DNA from: Octopus sinensis
Taxonomy: Eukaryota
DNA: 64,000 nucleotides
Reading direction: 5' to 3'
Assembly: GCF_006345805.1 (NCBI RefSeq)
Contig: NC_043005.1
Coordinates: forward strand, 9,796,001 to 9,860,000
Shown: positions 28,132-40,334 of the stretch, piece after piece
Layout: the number at the start of each line of letters is the position of its first letter
Position numbering within the stretch: position 1 is the stretch's first letter
Notes under the pieces: generated by a model
The model's database searches: none
What the model saw: only the letters and a program-made list of their open reading frames with translations
What the model was told of the DNA's origin: nothing
Translations under genes and position numbers: made by a program

Positions 28132-30929
28132 TTAAAACTGTGCGCGTGTTTGTGTGTGCGTGTGTTTGTGTCTATGTTTATGTCCCCGTAACTTAGCGAT
28201 TCGGCAAAAGAGCGATAGAATAAGTAGTAGGCTTTCAATCACGTCCTGGAGTCGATCTGTTCGACCAAAGCCCTTCAGAGCGGTGCTCCAGCAAGGCCGC
28301 AGTCAAACGACAGAAATAAATAAAAGGAAGAAAAAAAAGAAACATATTTGGTTTCCGAAAGTACTCGTACAGGACAAACTATTCGTTTTTGAGGTCGACT
28401 GGCACGTCTCTAGCAAATATGATATGGTCTCGTCAGCATACAGTCGAAGCGAATCTTGTTTATGGAAGACCTAAGATTATTTTTAAAGAGACTGAAAAAA
28501 AAAAGTGGTAGCTGTAGCAGAATTCAAATATCACGAGAACTGATTAATATCTAATATTCTCAGCAACAGCACAAAATGGTTGAAAGCAACCTATTAATTA
28601 AAGAAACATATGATAAATTTGTTCGGAAGATTAAGATTTATAAAATATTAATGCATTCATTAAAATGGATAACGTTTAAATTGATTCTAACACGATTAAA
28701 GCTCATAACATCAAGATTATAAAACTAAATACATTTAAGGATCCATGGTAACGTTTTCTATTTTTATGCAATCAAACACCTGAATAAGAATTATTGTGAT
28801 TTAATTGGACGGATGGGTGGAGTATGGGATAAAGAATGGGTGCTAGAGTACAATATATTACAAGTATGAGGGATAAAGCTTAGCATATAAATGGAGGTTT
28901 GTTTCTGTTACCAAACCTATGAACATGAGGTACAAAGAAATCTGCTGTTGGATTGAAATGTAGAACATGAGCGAAGTATTATTATTATTATTATTATTTT
29001 TTTTTTTTTTTTTTTTATTGGAGAGTGTTGTGGTTCGCTTAAAGCATTCTGTATTGTCTGTAAAGAATAACAATTTTTGAATGGTACAACAATGCACTAT
29101 AATATAGACAATGGGCTATTTACCTGTTGTAATTTAGTCATCCGTAGTCTAATCCCTGAGAAGAAAACTGAAGAGGAACAAAATAACACACTTCATGAAC
29201 TGGCAACAACCAAGGACTATGATGATTTTATTTTCCGCGTGGTGAAAATTACCTATGTTGACCATAGAAACGTATGAGTATATAGGATGAGCCGTCGTCA
29301 ACATCAAAAGTGTACATGCGCTAAAATAATGATAATCATTATAAAACGCTATATTTCTTAGTTTCATTCAAAAATGATCTTAAGAATGGTACATTTTCTG
29401 AAATAACTTTTAAAGCTTGACATCGTGTTTCCCAAAAGCCAGACGCCATTCTTGTACAGTCCATTGTGAAAATGGGGTCTATAACATACTTATGCTTCGG
29501 TAAAACCATACTGGATTTCTTTGTTGTATCCTAGGAAGATTTAGAAACAGACCCGAGAGATAAAGGAAATAACCTTTGTTAGGAAGCGAGTGTATGGTCT
29601 AAAGTGCAAGACAATTTCATGCAATAGACAGCAGCCTCAAAACTAATCACAATATGATTCGAAGAATAAAAGAACCAGTGTCAGAAAAATATAACGACCA
29701 GTCAGTCATTGTAAACTTCATGACACAATAAGGATAGATAGACCGTGCAAGCGTTACCTTTATTGATAAGTGAGGATATATGAGTCATACTCACAAGATC
29801 ATAATAATTTATCACTACTCGAAATTTTAGTACATCGTTCTCTTTACAAGTCTTGTGTGTTTTGCTAAAATATTAATTTATAGCGAGGTCTCTCTCGCAA
29901 CCAACGTTGAAAGAAAAAAAGCTATAAAGGGCATCAAAGGTTTCTCTCCACATATGCACACATTTAGCGATTCACAAATTCAGTGCCTATATATATCTAA
30001 ATGTTAAGGAATGATAATATTAGAAATTATCAAAACTACTGACTTTCTATATAACATGTGTCCTCCTAATTAATGGCTCCCTGAATTGTTATTTTATTTT
30101 CTAAGAGAAGTAAAATTCCCTATTGCTGTATTTTGCTTTTGAGCAAAATATCGGAGCTATGAATACATGCTGACTGCCATCAATATTTATTATGAAATCT
30201 TCAAATATCTGCTCGCTAAAATGCCTTATTTGCTCTCAAAGACGGTCCCGTGTTATTAAAATGCATTTAGCCATTCAGCTAGACAAAAACTACATTAATA
30301 ATAGCCATCTTTCTAATATTTGAGTGATTAAACACACGATAATGAAGCCATGTGGCTTCCATGCAAATACATGAAAAGATCACCTATTCTGCATATGATA
30401 ATTCAATGAATTAATATCCGCCTTATTCTTTCTTTTCATCCATAAGTCAAATATTGAAGAATGCTCATGTTTTGAATTCCTTTCGAATGTTTCCGTTTGT
30501 ATATATTATCACGCTACTTTTTTTCTTCGAATGTTTGAATTATCTTTAACGTGAACCTCAAAGTAATGATCCAGAAAGCTTCAGATCCTAATACAGTATA
30601 ATGGTGTTTGTGATGCCTGGAATATTAGCGGACAATTGTGAAGCAAACATCAAAACAAAAGACCAAGATAAGAAAAGAAAAACACATGACGATGTGAAAA
30701 TGTGTGTTGAATCATGTACAAGACAAACAGAATTTTTTGGAAGAAATTCTTAAATGCGATTATCTTGGGACTGTAATTTAATGTACCTATAGTTACGTCA
30801 GGTGTGAACGCACATAAAGTTTGCGCTAATCATATTTCGTTTTTCTATAATTTTATTTTTTTATTTTATGATGATCTTTTTTATATTATTTTACAAAATT
30901 ATCACCAGGAATATAAATGAACATTAATA

Positions 30930-30960
30930 ATAATGAGTGGTGATGATGATGATGATGATT

Positions 30961-30992
<32 letters not shown>

Positions 30993-31050
30993 GGTTGTGG
31001 TGGTGGTGGTGGTGGTGGTGGTGATGATGATGATGATGATGACGACAACA
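30930..31050. repeat. (GAT)n/(GGT)n compound trinucleotide repeat
   Basis: Direct reading. Confidence 0.95.
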
Positions 31051-31505
31051 ACTATACCAAATCCCAGAAGGTGTTACTGAGAATGAAGACTGCAATGATT
31101 CAGTGTGACCATCAGATTAGACATCGGAGATCTGACATCTTTTTTGGTGAACAGGAAAGTAAAAAAAAACAAAACATGCCTGATAATCGACATAGCATCT
31201 TCTGGTGACAACAGGATCGAAGAGAAAGAGGAACAAAAAGTGAACAACAATGATGAATTTAAGTGAGAAATACGCAGGTTGTGGGCGATGAAGAGAGTAG
31301 ACGCGATACCAGAAGCAACCGGTACAATTGGAAGTATCAGCACTCAACTACCAAAATGGCTGAAAAAGATTGGTACAACTCTAAAGATAGAACACCTATA
31401 AAATTAACATTGCTTGGAATTGCAAAAGTTTTCCGTAGGGTTCTTGAAGCATGACCAATAAAGAAGTCTGATCTTAGCCTGCTGGCTGTGGGCAGCTGAC
31501 ACCTT
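31051..31505 (+). mobile_element. R4/Dong-type LINE 3' end (REL endonuclease)
   Basis: QCDHQIRHRRSDI..CLIIDIASSGDNRIEEKE..LLGIAKVFRRVLEA*. Confidence 0.85.
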
Positions 31506-31532
31506 ATAATAATGATGATGATGATGATGATA

Positions 31533-32203
31533 CCCTGAGACGGCTAGAGTGTTGATACCTATTATCTTGTTTTTAGCACTGAGCTCTGTTTTCAGTATTG
31601 ATCTAACTCATCTATAGTATTCTTTCTTTATTTTTTCTTTCATTTGTGTGTGCTGTATCGTATCTAGTTCATTGATTCCTAAATATTTGGATGTCTGGCT
31701 TTGGTCCAATTCTCTTATTTCATTGGCTTTGTCTAGTGTGATCTTGCTACTGTTAACTAGTTTTCCTCTTTTCAAGGTTCTTTGGTACATTTTCTGAGCC
31801 AAATTTCATGTTTATTTCTTTGGTAAATCCATGTACTGTCTGTATTAATGTTTCCAGCTGTTTATCATTTGTAGCGTACAGTTTTAGGTCATCCATATAT
31901 AAAAGAAATGGAGAAACTTTCAAAATACAAAGACCTGGAAATAGATGTAACTCGAATGTGGAATCTAAAAACAGAAACAATTCCTATCATAGTGGGTGCA
32001 TTAGGTATGATAAAAAAATATTCAGACAAATACATAGCAAAAACACCAGGACTTACAACTATATACAACATACAGAATATTGCACAACTGGGCACTGCAC
32101 ACATCCTACGCAAGACACTTTCAGTTCAGTAACCATAAGAGCATCACAGCAAACCATAGCACGTACTCAAGGCACACACAGCTTCGTTCGGAGTGAAGTG
32201 AAA
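31533..32203 (+). mobile_element. R4/Dong-type LINE with inverted 5' RT segment (31533-31905 minus; 31902-32203 plus)
   Basis: Minus: LLYMDDLKLY..KYLGI..GINTLAV; plus: KEMEKLSKYKDLEID..LGTAHILRKTLSVQ* plus 3'UTR. Confidence 0.85.
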
Positions 32204-32600
32204 TCTTTATATATAAAAGTGAGGTTGTGTGCTGTCTGTCTCCTACGATTTAGATTCCTAACTACTCCCACATTTTGCGGTGCAGTTTAACCAAAACCGG
32301 GTATCTTATAGTCGGGATTCATATCGAGCCCTTCTGGGTATTAGCGCGCGTCTACGATGAGTCTACGATTTAAAAAAAAATTTACCATCAATTTTTCCCA
32401 TTTTTAATGCATTTTTGGCATATATAAGGGAAATAACTCTCTAAAAATTTATTATTAAATATCAGAACGTAAAAAGCTACAGTAACACCCCTCCCCTTTG
32501 TGGTTAGCCATATTGAGATGGCTATTATACTTTACATCTCTAAAAATGCTTATATAGTTATTTCCCTTACAAACCCGAGCAACGCCGGGCGATATGCTAG
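32204..32600 (+). mobile_element. non-autonomous Helitron, 397 bp
   Basis: A|TCTTTATATATAAAA start, CCCGAGCAACGCCGGG subterminal hairpin, CTAG|T end, no TSD; inserted in the R4 3'UTR. Confidence 0.9.
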
Positions 32601-32654
32601 TTACGTTATAAAAATAAAACTACTGAATACAAATAATGATAATGTTGCGCTACA

Positions 32655-33118
32655 TTGTATCTCAATAAGCCTGAAAGAGCAGCACAGTATATTCACTGGG
32701 AATCTGCAAGAATCTGGACCTACCCCACAATAAAAACTGGTGGGAGCTCAAACCGCCCCAGTGCTTGAAAATGATCACATCTCACTCCTTTGGAATTTTA
32801 TTGTTCAAACTGCCAGAAAGATAGATGTAAATAGGCCAGGCATTATACTGGATTGCTTCAGATAAAAATCATGCTTCCTCATCGATATCACTGTCCCCAT
32901 CGACATAAACGTATCTGTTAAGACTTAACAAAAACTAAGCAAGTATAAAGATCTTGTAATACAACACTACCTGTTGTAATAGGCACCCTAGAGATGATAG
33001 CAAAAGGGGCTGATTGTTCTATGTCTCAGATTACAGAAAATCTAAAAATGGAAGAAATTCAAAAAATAGTGCTAGTGGGAACTGCTCATATCCTAAGAAA
33101 AATATTGTCTACGTAGTT
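32655..33118 (+). mobile_element. R4/Dong-type LINE 3' end
   Basis: KNWWELKPPPVLENDHISLLWNF..KYKDL..GTAHILRKILST*. Confidence 0.85.
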
Positions 33119-33147
33119 CTGTATTTAAGAGTGAAGGAATTATGCCC

Positions 33148-33313
33148 ATTATTTACATTATTTACATTTGACGGACATTTGTCCTCATCTTGTTATTTAT
33201 TAACACATTTCGGCTGATATACTCTCCAGCCTTCATCAGGTGTCTTGGGGAAATTTCGAACTTAGGTTCTCATTCCTAAGGTATTTTTCTATGTTACTAT
33301 TATTATTATTATT

Positions 33314-33345
<32 letters not shown>

Positions 33346-33458
33346 CGTTGTTGTTATTGTTGTTGCTGCTGCTGTTGTTGTTCTTGTTGTTTAGGTCACT
33401 GCTTGGAATCGAACTCGGAATCTTGGGGTTAGTAGCCTGCGCTCTTAACCACTACGCC
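33148..33458 (-). mobile_element. SINE D (tRNA-like head, trinucleotide linker, HHR tail), left arm of inverted pair
   Basis: Reverse complement matches 33482-33741; HHR motif at 33201-33244. Confidence 0.85.
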
Positions 33459-33481
33459 TAGTCGAGTAGCCCATCCCATAT

Positions 33482-33741
33482 GGCGTAGTGGTTAAGAGCG
33501 CGGGCTGCTAACCTCAAGATTCCGAGTTCGATTCCAAGCAGTGAACTGAACAATACTAATAATATTAATAGTAATAATAATAACATCGAAAAATACCTTA
33601 GGAATGTGAATCCTGTTTCGAAATTCCGCCAAGACACCTGATGAAGGTTGGAGGGTATATCAGCCGAAACATTGTGTCAACAACAAACATGATGAGGACA
33701 AATATCCGTCGAATGTAAGTAAAGTAAATAATGTAAATAAT
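33482..33741 (+). mobile_element. SINE D, right arm of inverted pair
   Basis: A-box GGCGTAGTGG, B-box GAGTTCGATTCC, Ser(GCT)-like loop CTGCTAA, (AAT)-rich linker, HHR tail. Confidence 0.85.
33633..33678 (+). ncRNA. minimal type I hammerhead ribozyme motif (Penelope-type)
   Basis: gacac-CTGATGA-a-ggttg(gagggtatat)cagcc-GAAAC-ATT-gtgtc; stems I and II pair; stem III ACGT is CpG-decayed here. Confidence 0.65.
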
Positions 33742-34053
33742 GTACATTGTCTACGCCATTCCAAAAACATTTGAATTTGTGAACGTTATTAAAAGTACTT
33801 TTAAATGTACCTAATTGCAACCATCTTTTGCTGCCATTTTAAGATCACACTATCATCTTATCATTAAATTACTTTCAAAACAAGCTTTTAATTTTATTAT
33901 GGGGTGACAGATAATCTCTAGGAGAATACCCAGGGGAAACAAATATGCTACTTTAGTCATAATGCCGACTTCAACTTCTAACTGGTTATCTCCTGAGACC
34001 TTTGGCTGAGACTTGGAGTCATCTTGTACAAATACAGAGCAAATGCCACACAT

Positions 34054-34121
<68 letters not shown>

Positions 34122-34125
34122 TAGT

Positions 34126-34465
34126 GAAGGCGCATGGCTCAGTGGTTAGAGCGTCGAGCTTACGATCGTGAGGTTGTGAGCTCGAATCCCGCACCGGGCT
34201 GCGTGTTGTGTTCTTGAGCAAGGCACTTTATTTCATGTTGCTCCAGTTCACTCAGTTGTAGAAATGAGTTGCGACGTCACTGGTGCCAAGCTGTATCGAC
34301 CTTTGTCTTTCCTTTGGATAACACTGGTGGCGTGGAGAGGGGAGGCTGGTATGCATGGGCGACTGCTGGTCTTCCATAAACAACCGTGCCCGGACTTGTG
34401 TTTAGGAGGGTAACTTTCTAGGTGCAATCCCATGGTCATTCATGACCGAAGGGGGTCTTTACCCA
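34126..34465 (+). mobile_element. tRNA-headed SINE (family E) within (AAT)n
   Basis: GGCGCATGGCTCAGTGGTTAGAGCG head, CTCGAATCCC B-box, CORE-like TTGAGCAAGGCACTT; flanked by (AAT)n on both sides. Confidence 0.75.
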
Positions 34466-34468
34466 AAC

Positions 34469-34517
<49 letters not shown>

Positions 34518-34894
34518 TGTATTCCCTGATGCAATACCAGGCTGTGGCTCTCATGGTTTCTGATGTTAATTGATTGGAAGTGTTATCATGTACATTGTTT
34601 TGTCTTGGTATAAAAGATGGGCTACGGCAAATATTCTGCTCAATACCACAGATTTGCTTGTCAGTTGTTTGACCTTAACCAGTGGCTAATGATATGTGCA
34701 TCTCTGACCACGAGAAGAAGTAGTGGGGAAGCATCATGGGCATGTGTTGAAAAGAATTCTTTTGGGTTTGGATACTTCACCTCTGGAAACGTGTGTTTCG
34801 TTCAACATCCTTAAACAACCCATATTTAGGGACCTTTTCAGCGGGATTGACTACACGATCTGAAGAAAATTCTAACTAGGCCCCCATCTGCTAA

Positions 34895-35485
34895 GTCAAC
34901 TTGAGATTTCATAGAAAGTATTTTGCGTAGGATATGAGCAGTTCCCATGAGCACTATCTTTTGAATTTCTGCCATTTTGGGGTTTCCTGGTTTCTGAGTT
35001 ATGTAGCAATCAGCCCCTTTTGCTATCATTCCCAGGGCACCTATGACAACAGGTATTGTTTTAGTCTTCAGGTTCCACATTTTGCTGATTTCTATTTCAA
35101 GATTTTTATATTTGCTCAGTTTTTGGTAGGTCTTGACAGATACGTTTATATCGATTGGGACAGTTATATCAATGAGGCGGTATGTTTTTTATCTGAAGTC
35201 TTTCAATATGATGTCTTGCCTATTCGCATCTATCTTTCTGTCAGTTTGAATGGTGAAGTTCCAGAGGAGTGAGATGTGGTCATTTTCAAGCACTGGAGGT
35301 GGTTTGTGTCACGACTCGTATGGTTAAATCATTGATCGCTTCGATCCTGTTTCTCGCATTCAGCTCTGTCTTGAGTATTGCTCTTACTCTGCGACAACAT
35401 TCTCTTCTGATCCTTTCCTTCATCTCTGAATGCCTTATTCCGTCCCCTTCAATTACCCTTAGGTACTTGTAGCTCTCCGCTGGGT
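34895..35485 (-). mobile_element. R4/Dong-type LINE, internally deleted
   Basis: KELDPAESYKYL..AINDLTIRVVT joined directly to HKPPPVLENDH..MWNLKTKTIPVVIGALG..GTAHILRK. Confidence 0.85.
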
Positions 35486-35492
35486 CTAATTC

Positions 35493-35530
<38 letters not shown>

Positions 35531-35769
35531 CGTTGTTGTTGTTGTTGTTGTTGCTGATGATGATGATACTGCTGTTGTTGTTAGTACTAAGTTCAAATCC
35601 CAACGAAGTCAACTTCGGATTTCATCCTTTTAGGAGTCGAGAAATTAAAGTACCAGCGAATTACTGGCGTGATGTAATCGACTAACGCTTCCCTCTAAAA
35701 GTGTTAACTATCAGCCAAAATTTGAAAATATTATTGCTCTCCTTATTCAGCTTTCATATTTATGTTGCT

Positions 35770-36000
35770 TGCGTTTCGCTGCACCATTGAGCGCAGCTCT
35801 GCACGTCTTGGATATGTGCTGCGTTGTGTTTGTTATTTTTACTATAGTGAAAAGAACTCTATATAATATTCGCGTGGTGCCTAGCATTACTGTTTTCTGT
35901 AAGTTATGCATATTTGGAAGTCCAGTGGGTTTTGGTTATGTATGTGTTTGCATGTTTTTGATAATTCCCGAAGCACCAATTACTACATGTATTATTATCT
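35770..36000 (-). mobile_element. R4/Dong-type LINE extreme 3' end
   Basis: VVIGASGIIK..LQKTVMLGTTRILYRVL plus a 3'UTR similar to 32135-32203. Confidence 0.7.
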
Positions 36001-36002
36001 TT

Positions 36003-36190
36003 ATCAACAACACCAGCACTACCAGCAGCAGCAGCACCACCACCACCACCACCACCACCACCGTCGTCATCACCGTCGTCATTACCACTATAATAATAAT
36101 AATAATAATAATATTTATTACTATTATTATTCTCCTCCTCCTCATCATCATCATCATCATTATTATCATAACCATCATTATTATCATCAC

Positions 36191-36226
<36 letters not shown>

Positions 36227-36232
36227 TATTAT

Positions 36233-36279
<47 letters not shown>

Positions 36280-36315
36280 ATAGTAGTAGTAGTAGTAATA
36301 GTGGTAGTAGTAGCA

Positions 36316-36383
<68 letters not shown>

Positions 36384-36385
36384 TC
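36003..36385. repeat. compound trinucleotide array (CAC/TAA/CAT/AGT/AGC)
   Basis: Direct reading; explains the homopolymeric ORFs. Confidence 0.95.
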
Positions 36386-36924
36386 ATTTTTCTAATGCGT
36401 GATTTAACTGCAAAACTGAGCTAATGTTCTGTTCGTCATGAGTAGATTTTGTTTGTTTTTCTTTGTTTTTCTTTGTTTTTTTTTTTTTGTTTTTTTTACC
36501 TCTCTAATGTATGATGAAAAAGAAAGTCTTGTGTATTCCTTTTGGTTTTGGTTATATGGATTTGCCTGCCTGCATAATTTTATCATTCCCACATCACCTA
36601 TTATTACAGTTACCGTTTCTGTATCCAACCGCACCCACCACCACAAACTGGATATCTCTCTTTTTACGTGTTTACATTTGAATCGCTAATCCGTTGTCTT
36701 TGTTGATGTACTGACGTCCGTCGAAGATGATATGAGGAAGCTGCAGATATTTTCCTAATGGGCTTCGGTAATGATTATCTGGTTCGATTTTCTCAAACTT
36801 TATTATCTCTTTGAATATTCATGTCTCACATGTGTCACGTGTAAATTGGGACATGGAATTTCTGTGTTAACTATTATATCTCAGTTGCCATGTGCAAATT
36901 GTCATGTTCCAAAAGAACGTTGTG

Positions 36925-37205
36925 GAGGCGTAATGGCCTAGTGGTTAGGGCAGCGGACTCGCGGTTTCGATTCCTAGACCGAGCATTGTGTGTATTTATT
37001 GAGCGAAAACACCTAAAACCTCCACGAGGCTCCGGCAGGGGAGGGGTGCACCCTGTTGTACTCTTTCGCTCCAACTTTCTCTCACTCTCTCTTCCTGTTT
37101 CTTGAGTAACGCTGCGATGGACTGGCGTCCCGTCCAGCTGGAGGGAACACATACGCCATAAAAACCGGAAACCGGGCCCATGAACCTGGCTAGGCTTGGA
37201 AAGGA
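36925..37205 (+). mobile_element. SINE C with alternative (V-domain-like) tail
   Basis: Family C head and core followed by CTGCGATGGACTGGCGTCCCGTCCAG. Confidence 0.8.
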
Positions 37206-37375
37206 CGCATAGATAAATAAAATAAAAGAACGTTACTACGTTCCTTTATATTATTACTGGTTGACATTTTTTCTCGTTTAATTCAGTACAGTGGTGCTGC
37301 GATACACATTTGAATGATGTAGTCAGTCTTATCAACAATATATATTTTGAATTCAGACAATTACTTTATCGTGCT

Positions 37376-37417
<42 letters not shown>

Positions 37418-37441
37418 TGAGTGTGTGTGTGGGTGTGTGTG

Positions 37442-37592
37442 AAATCAAAATAAGCAACAAGGATATCCAGAAGTAATGCAGTACGATCGTTTAATTTAAA
37501 TTGATGTAATTGTTTCATTGTTCAATTAAATGGAGTTGCGTGAAACGATCGTACTGCTTCCCTCTGGATATCCTTGTTGTTTATTTTGATTT
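37442..37592. repeat. inverted repeat, ~50-bp arms
   Basis: Arms 37442-37492 and 37543-37592; inner ends at AAACGATCGT. Confidence 0.9.
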
Positions 37593-38022
37593 TAATCACC
37601 TTGTTTTGTAATTGTATTGATAATACCGTACTAAATACTGGTGCCTCAACTTAAGTACCATATTCATCTGAATCTATCTATCTATATCCATATAAGATTT
37701 TCGAAACCTTTTTTTGTCTGTACAAATATATTCCCCTCCCAATCTCGAAAGCTGAACAGTTATTTTCCTTACCCGCAACAATAACATTAATAACGATAAC
37801 CAATTACCTCCCCTCATTTCTCTACTTGTGAAGTCATTCATTCTTAAATATCATCACACGCAACATTGAAAAAATTTCTTCTTAAGAAAATACATATTCC
37901 AATATGTCAAACATCATGAATAGCGATAGCGAAACCGGTCGATATCTTAAAAATTTTATTAAAACTATTTAAAGTTTGCATATTTTCCTTTTTTAATTTC
38001 TTATATATATATATATATATAT

Positions 38023-38065
<43 letters not shown>

Positions 38066-38131
38066 ATAAATAAAAATATTCAGAAGATGAAGATTTACGT
38101 CTAAGTATATACACATTTATATATTTGCAAG

Positions 38132-38270
38132 GGGCGCAGGCGTGGTTTTGTGGAAAAAAACCATGCTTCCCAACCACATGATTTCGGGTTCAATCTCACT
38201 GCGTGGCACGTCAGGCCGACGAAAACTTTGTGAGCGGATATGGTTAAGTTAAATTGAAAGAAGCCCGTCA

Positions 38271-38315
<45 letters not shown>

Positions 38316-38515
38316 GTATGTTTGTGTGTCTATGATTGTTCCCGCTACCATCGCTTGACAACCGATGTTAGTGTGTTTACGTCTCTGTAACTTATCGGTA
38401 TAGCAAAAGAGACCGATAGAGTAAGGACTACGCCTACAAAGAATACGTCCTGGATCGTTTTCTTCTATTAAAAGGCGGTGATACAGGATGGCCGCAGTGA
38501 AATGACTAGAAGAAG
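38132..38515 (+). mobile_element. SINE B, degenerate
   Basis: Both halves recognisable around (TA)n. Confidence 0.8.
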
Positions 38516-38736
38516 GTATAAAATTCCAAACCCGACAGCTGTTTCTGGGGGATCGAAATTACGTTATTGTGATTTTCATCGCTAGCAGATAGTGTGTGCA
38601 AAAGGTCAAAGATACGCATCCAATAGAGCATTCATATAAACGTTACGGGATAGTTGACATCCGCCATCAGAGTGTTGCCGATCTTTTCACCTTGACACAG
38701 AGTCCGGCTTTACCGCAATGTTGTACACACACACAC

Positions 38737-38768
<32 letters not shown>

Positions 38769-38770
38769 AC

Positions 38771-38824
<54 letters not shown>

Positions 38825-38875
38825 TATATAATACACAAAATGGGACAAGAACTCAAAACATCCAGACAGATGATA

Positions 38876-38918
<43 letters not shown>

Positions 38919-40334
38919 CGTTTTTATATATGTACACAGACATAGATATGTGTATATATGTGCGCGTGTGTGTATGCATATGTGTGTGTGCAGTGTGTGT
39001 GTGTCCTGTAGCTGGCTGATGATATTTTAGAAAAGCAATTCCTGAGAGGCCACGTTGCGGATGTCTAATTATTTATTGGGACTTAATCTTTCGATAAGAA
39101 GGAATTTCCTCTGCAGACAGTCCATAACAACAATATAAAGTTGATCAGCCTTCATTTTCCTGACTTTGTTTTTTGAAATCATTTATGATGTAGAGATGTG
39201 CGACATTTTCTCTATTAGGATCGGGTTAGCAATTGAACTATATCTTGCCCCAAAACGGGCAAATATTTTTCAAACAGACACTGATTTCAATAGGGTTTCT
39301 TTCTTTCCAATATCCACAGTGTCGTTTTTTTAATTACAGCAATTGGACTTCACAGATTTCTATTGAAACACACAGTTTGATTATCAAATATCCTCTCCTA
39401 TCGTAGGTGTGCGCTTATTTTCTTTGCTTTACTTTTAACTCTGAATTTCTTCAGCTTTAGCGGTTGTGCAGCTTATGAGATAATTTAAATTGTTAAACAC
39501 CTTAGTAGTAGTAGTAGTATAGTAGTAGTAGTAGTAGTAGTAGTCGTCATCTTGTAGTGAGGTTTTGTGAAACACTTCAAGAAGTTTAATGCCATTATGT
39601 CTCAGTGGAAGAAAATTATTAATTATTATTTAATGGATTAGTTTAGAAGCATAGAACTTTGGAATATCGTCACGTCTAACTCAAAATCTGAGATAGACAG
39701 ATCTGTTTTCAGCATCATTCTAAATATTTTCAAGAATTTTATTGTATTTACAATCTCTTTCAATTATGGTTTCTTTACTAGCAGTATGAGCTAGCAACAA
39801 GAATGTGAGTAGAATTGAATAGCCCGTTTTGAAAGAAATCAGTCATTTAATCTCGGAACTCAGGAAAACAAATTTTAAAAAATGATAAACAATTTTTTAA
39901 AAATGATAAACAGAGAAGCTGGCAATAAAACAAACAAATATATTCTCAAGTACAGATAATTACAATTTAATATTCCCAAACGTAAATTTGTACAACATAA
40001 TCAAACGTTACGACAACAATGCGCTCTCATACAAATACGAAAATTCATTGGCAAAATCATTGGAAAGTTTAGATAAAGAAGCAGGGAAAACAGTTATTGC
40101 TTCCTGTTGCTGGAAAAACCACAAACGCTGGTCCTAAATATAAAGTATCTGTCGGGGAAGAAGTCGGACTCGGGAAGTTAAGTGACAAGAGGGATTGTAT
40201 CAAAAACCTGTCATTTGCCGGACAATTATGAAAGGGAAATATTTTTGGCCACTCAATAGTCACGGGAGTACTTTTCTCCTGCTGCTGAAGGAGTACGGGA
40301 TTAGAGACCTAAGCGATTAAGGAAAGTTTCCTAT

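Noticed and set aside
28380-28460. Minus-strand LRLYADET RT-like motif
   Set aside because: Too short and decayed to classify as a feature.
29077-29277. 66-aa plus ORF ending at gtatga
   Set aside because: In-frame stop just after the best acceptor; no homology recognised.
33482-33545. tRNA-Ser-like gene
   Set aside because: No complete acceptor stem or cloverleaf; it continues into a repeat tail, so it is a SINE head. The same holds for the other tRNA-like heads.
35769-36395. 208-aa and 127-aa ORFs with homopolymer runs
   Set aside because: Compound trinucleotide repeats plus an R4 3' end.
39930-40230. Two overlapping open stretches with protein-like composition
   Set aside because: No convincing splice pair or motif; within chance expectation.
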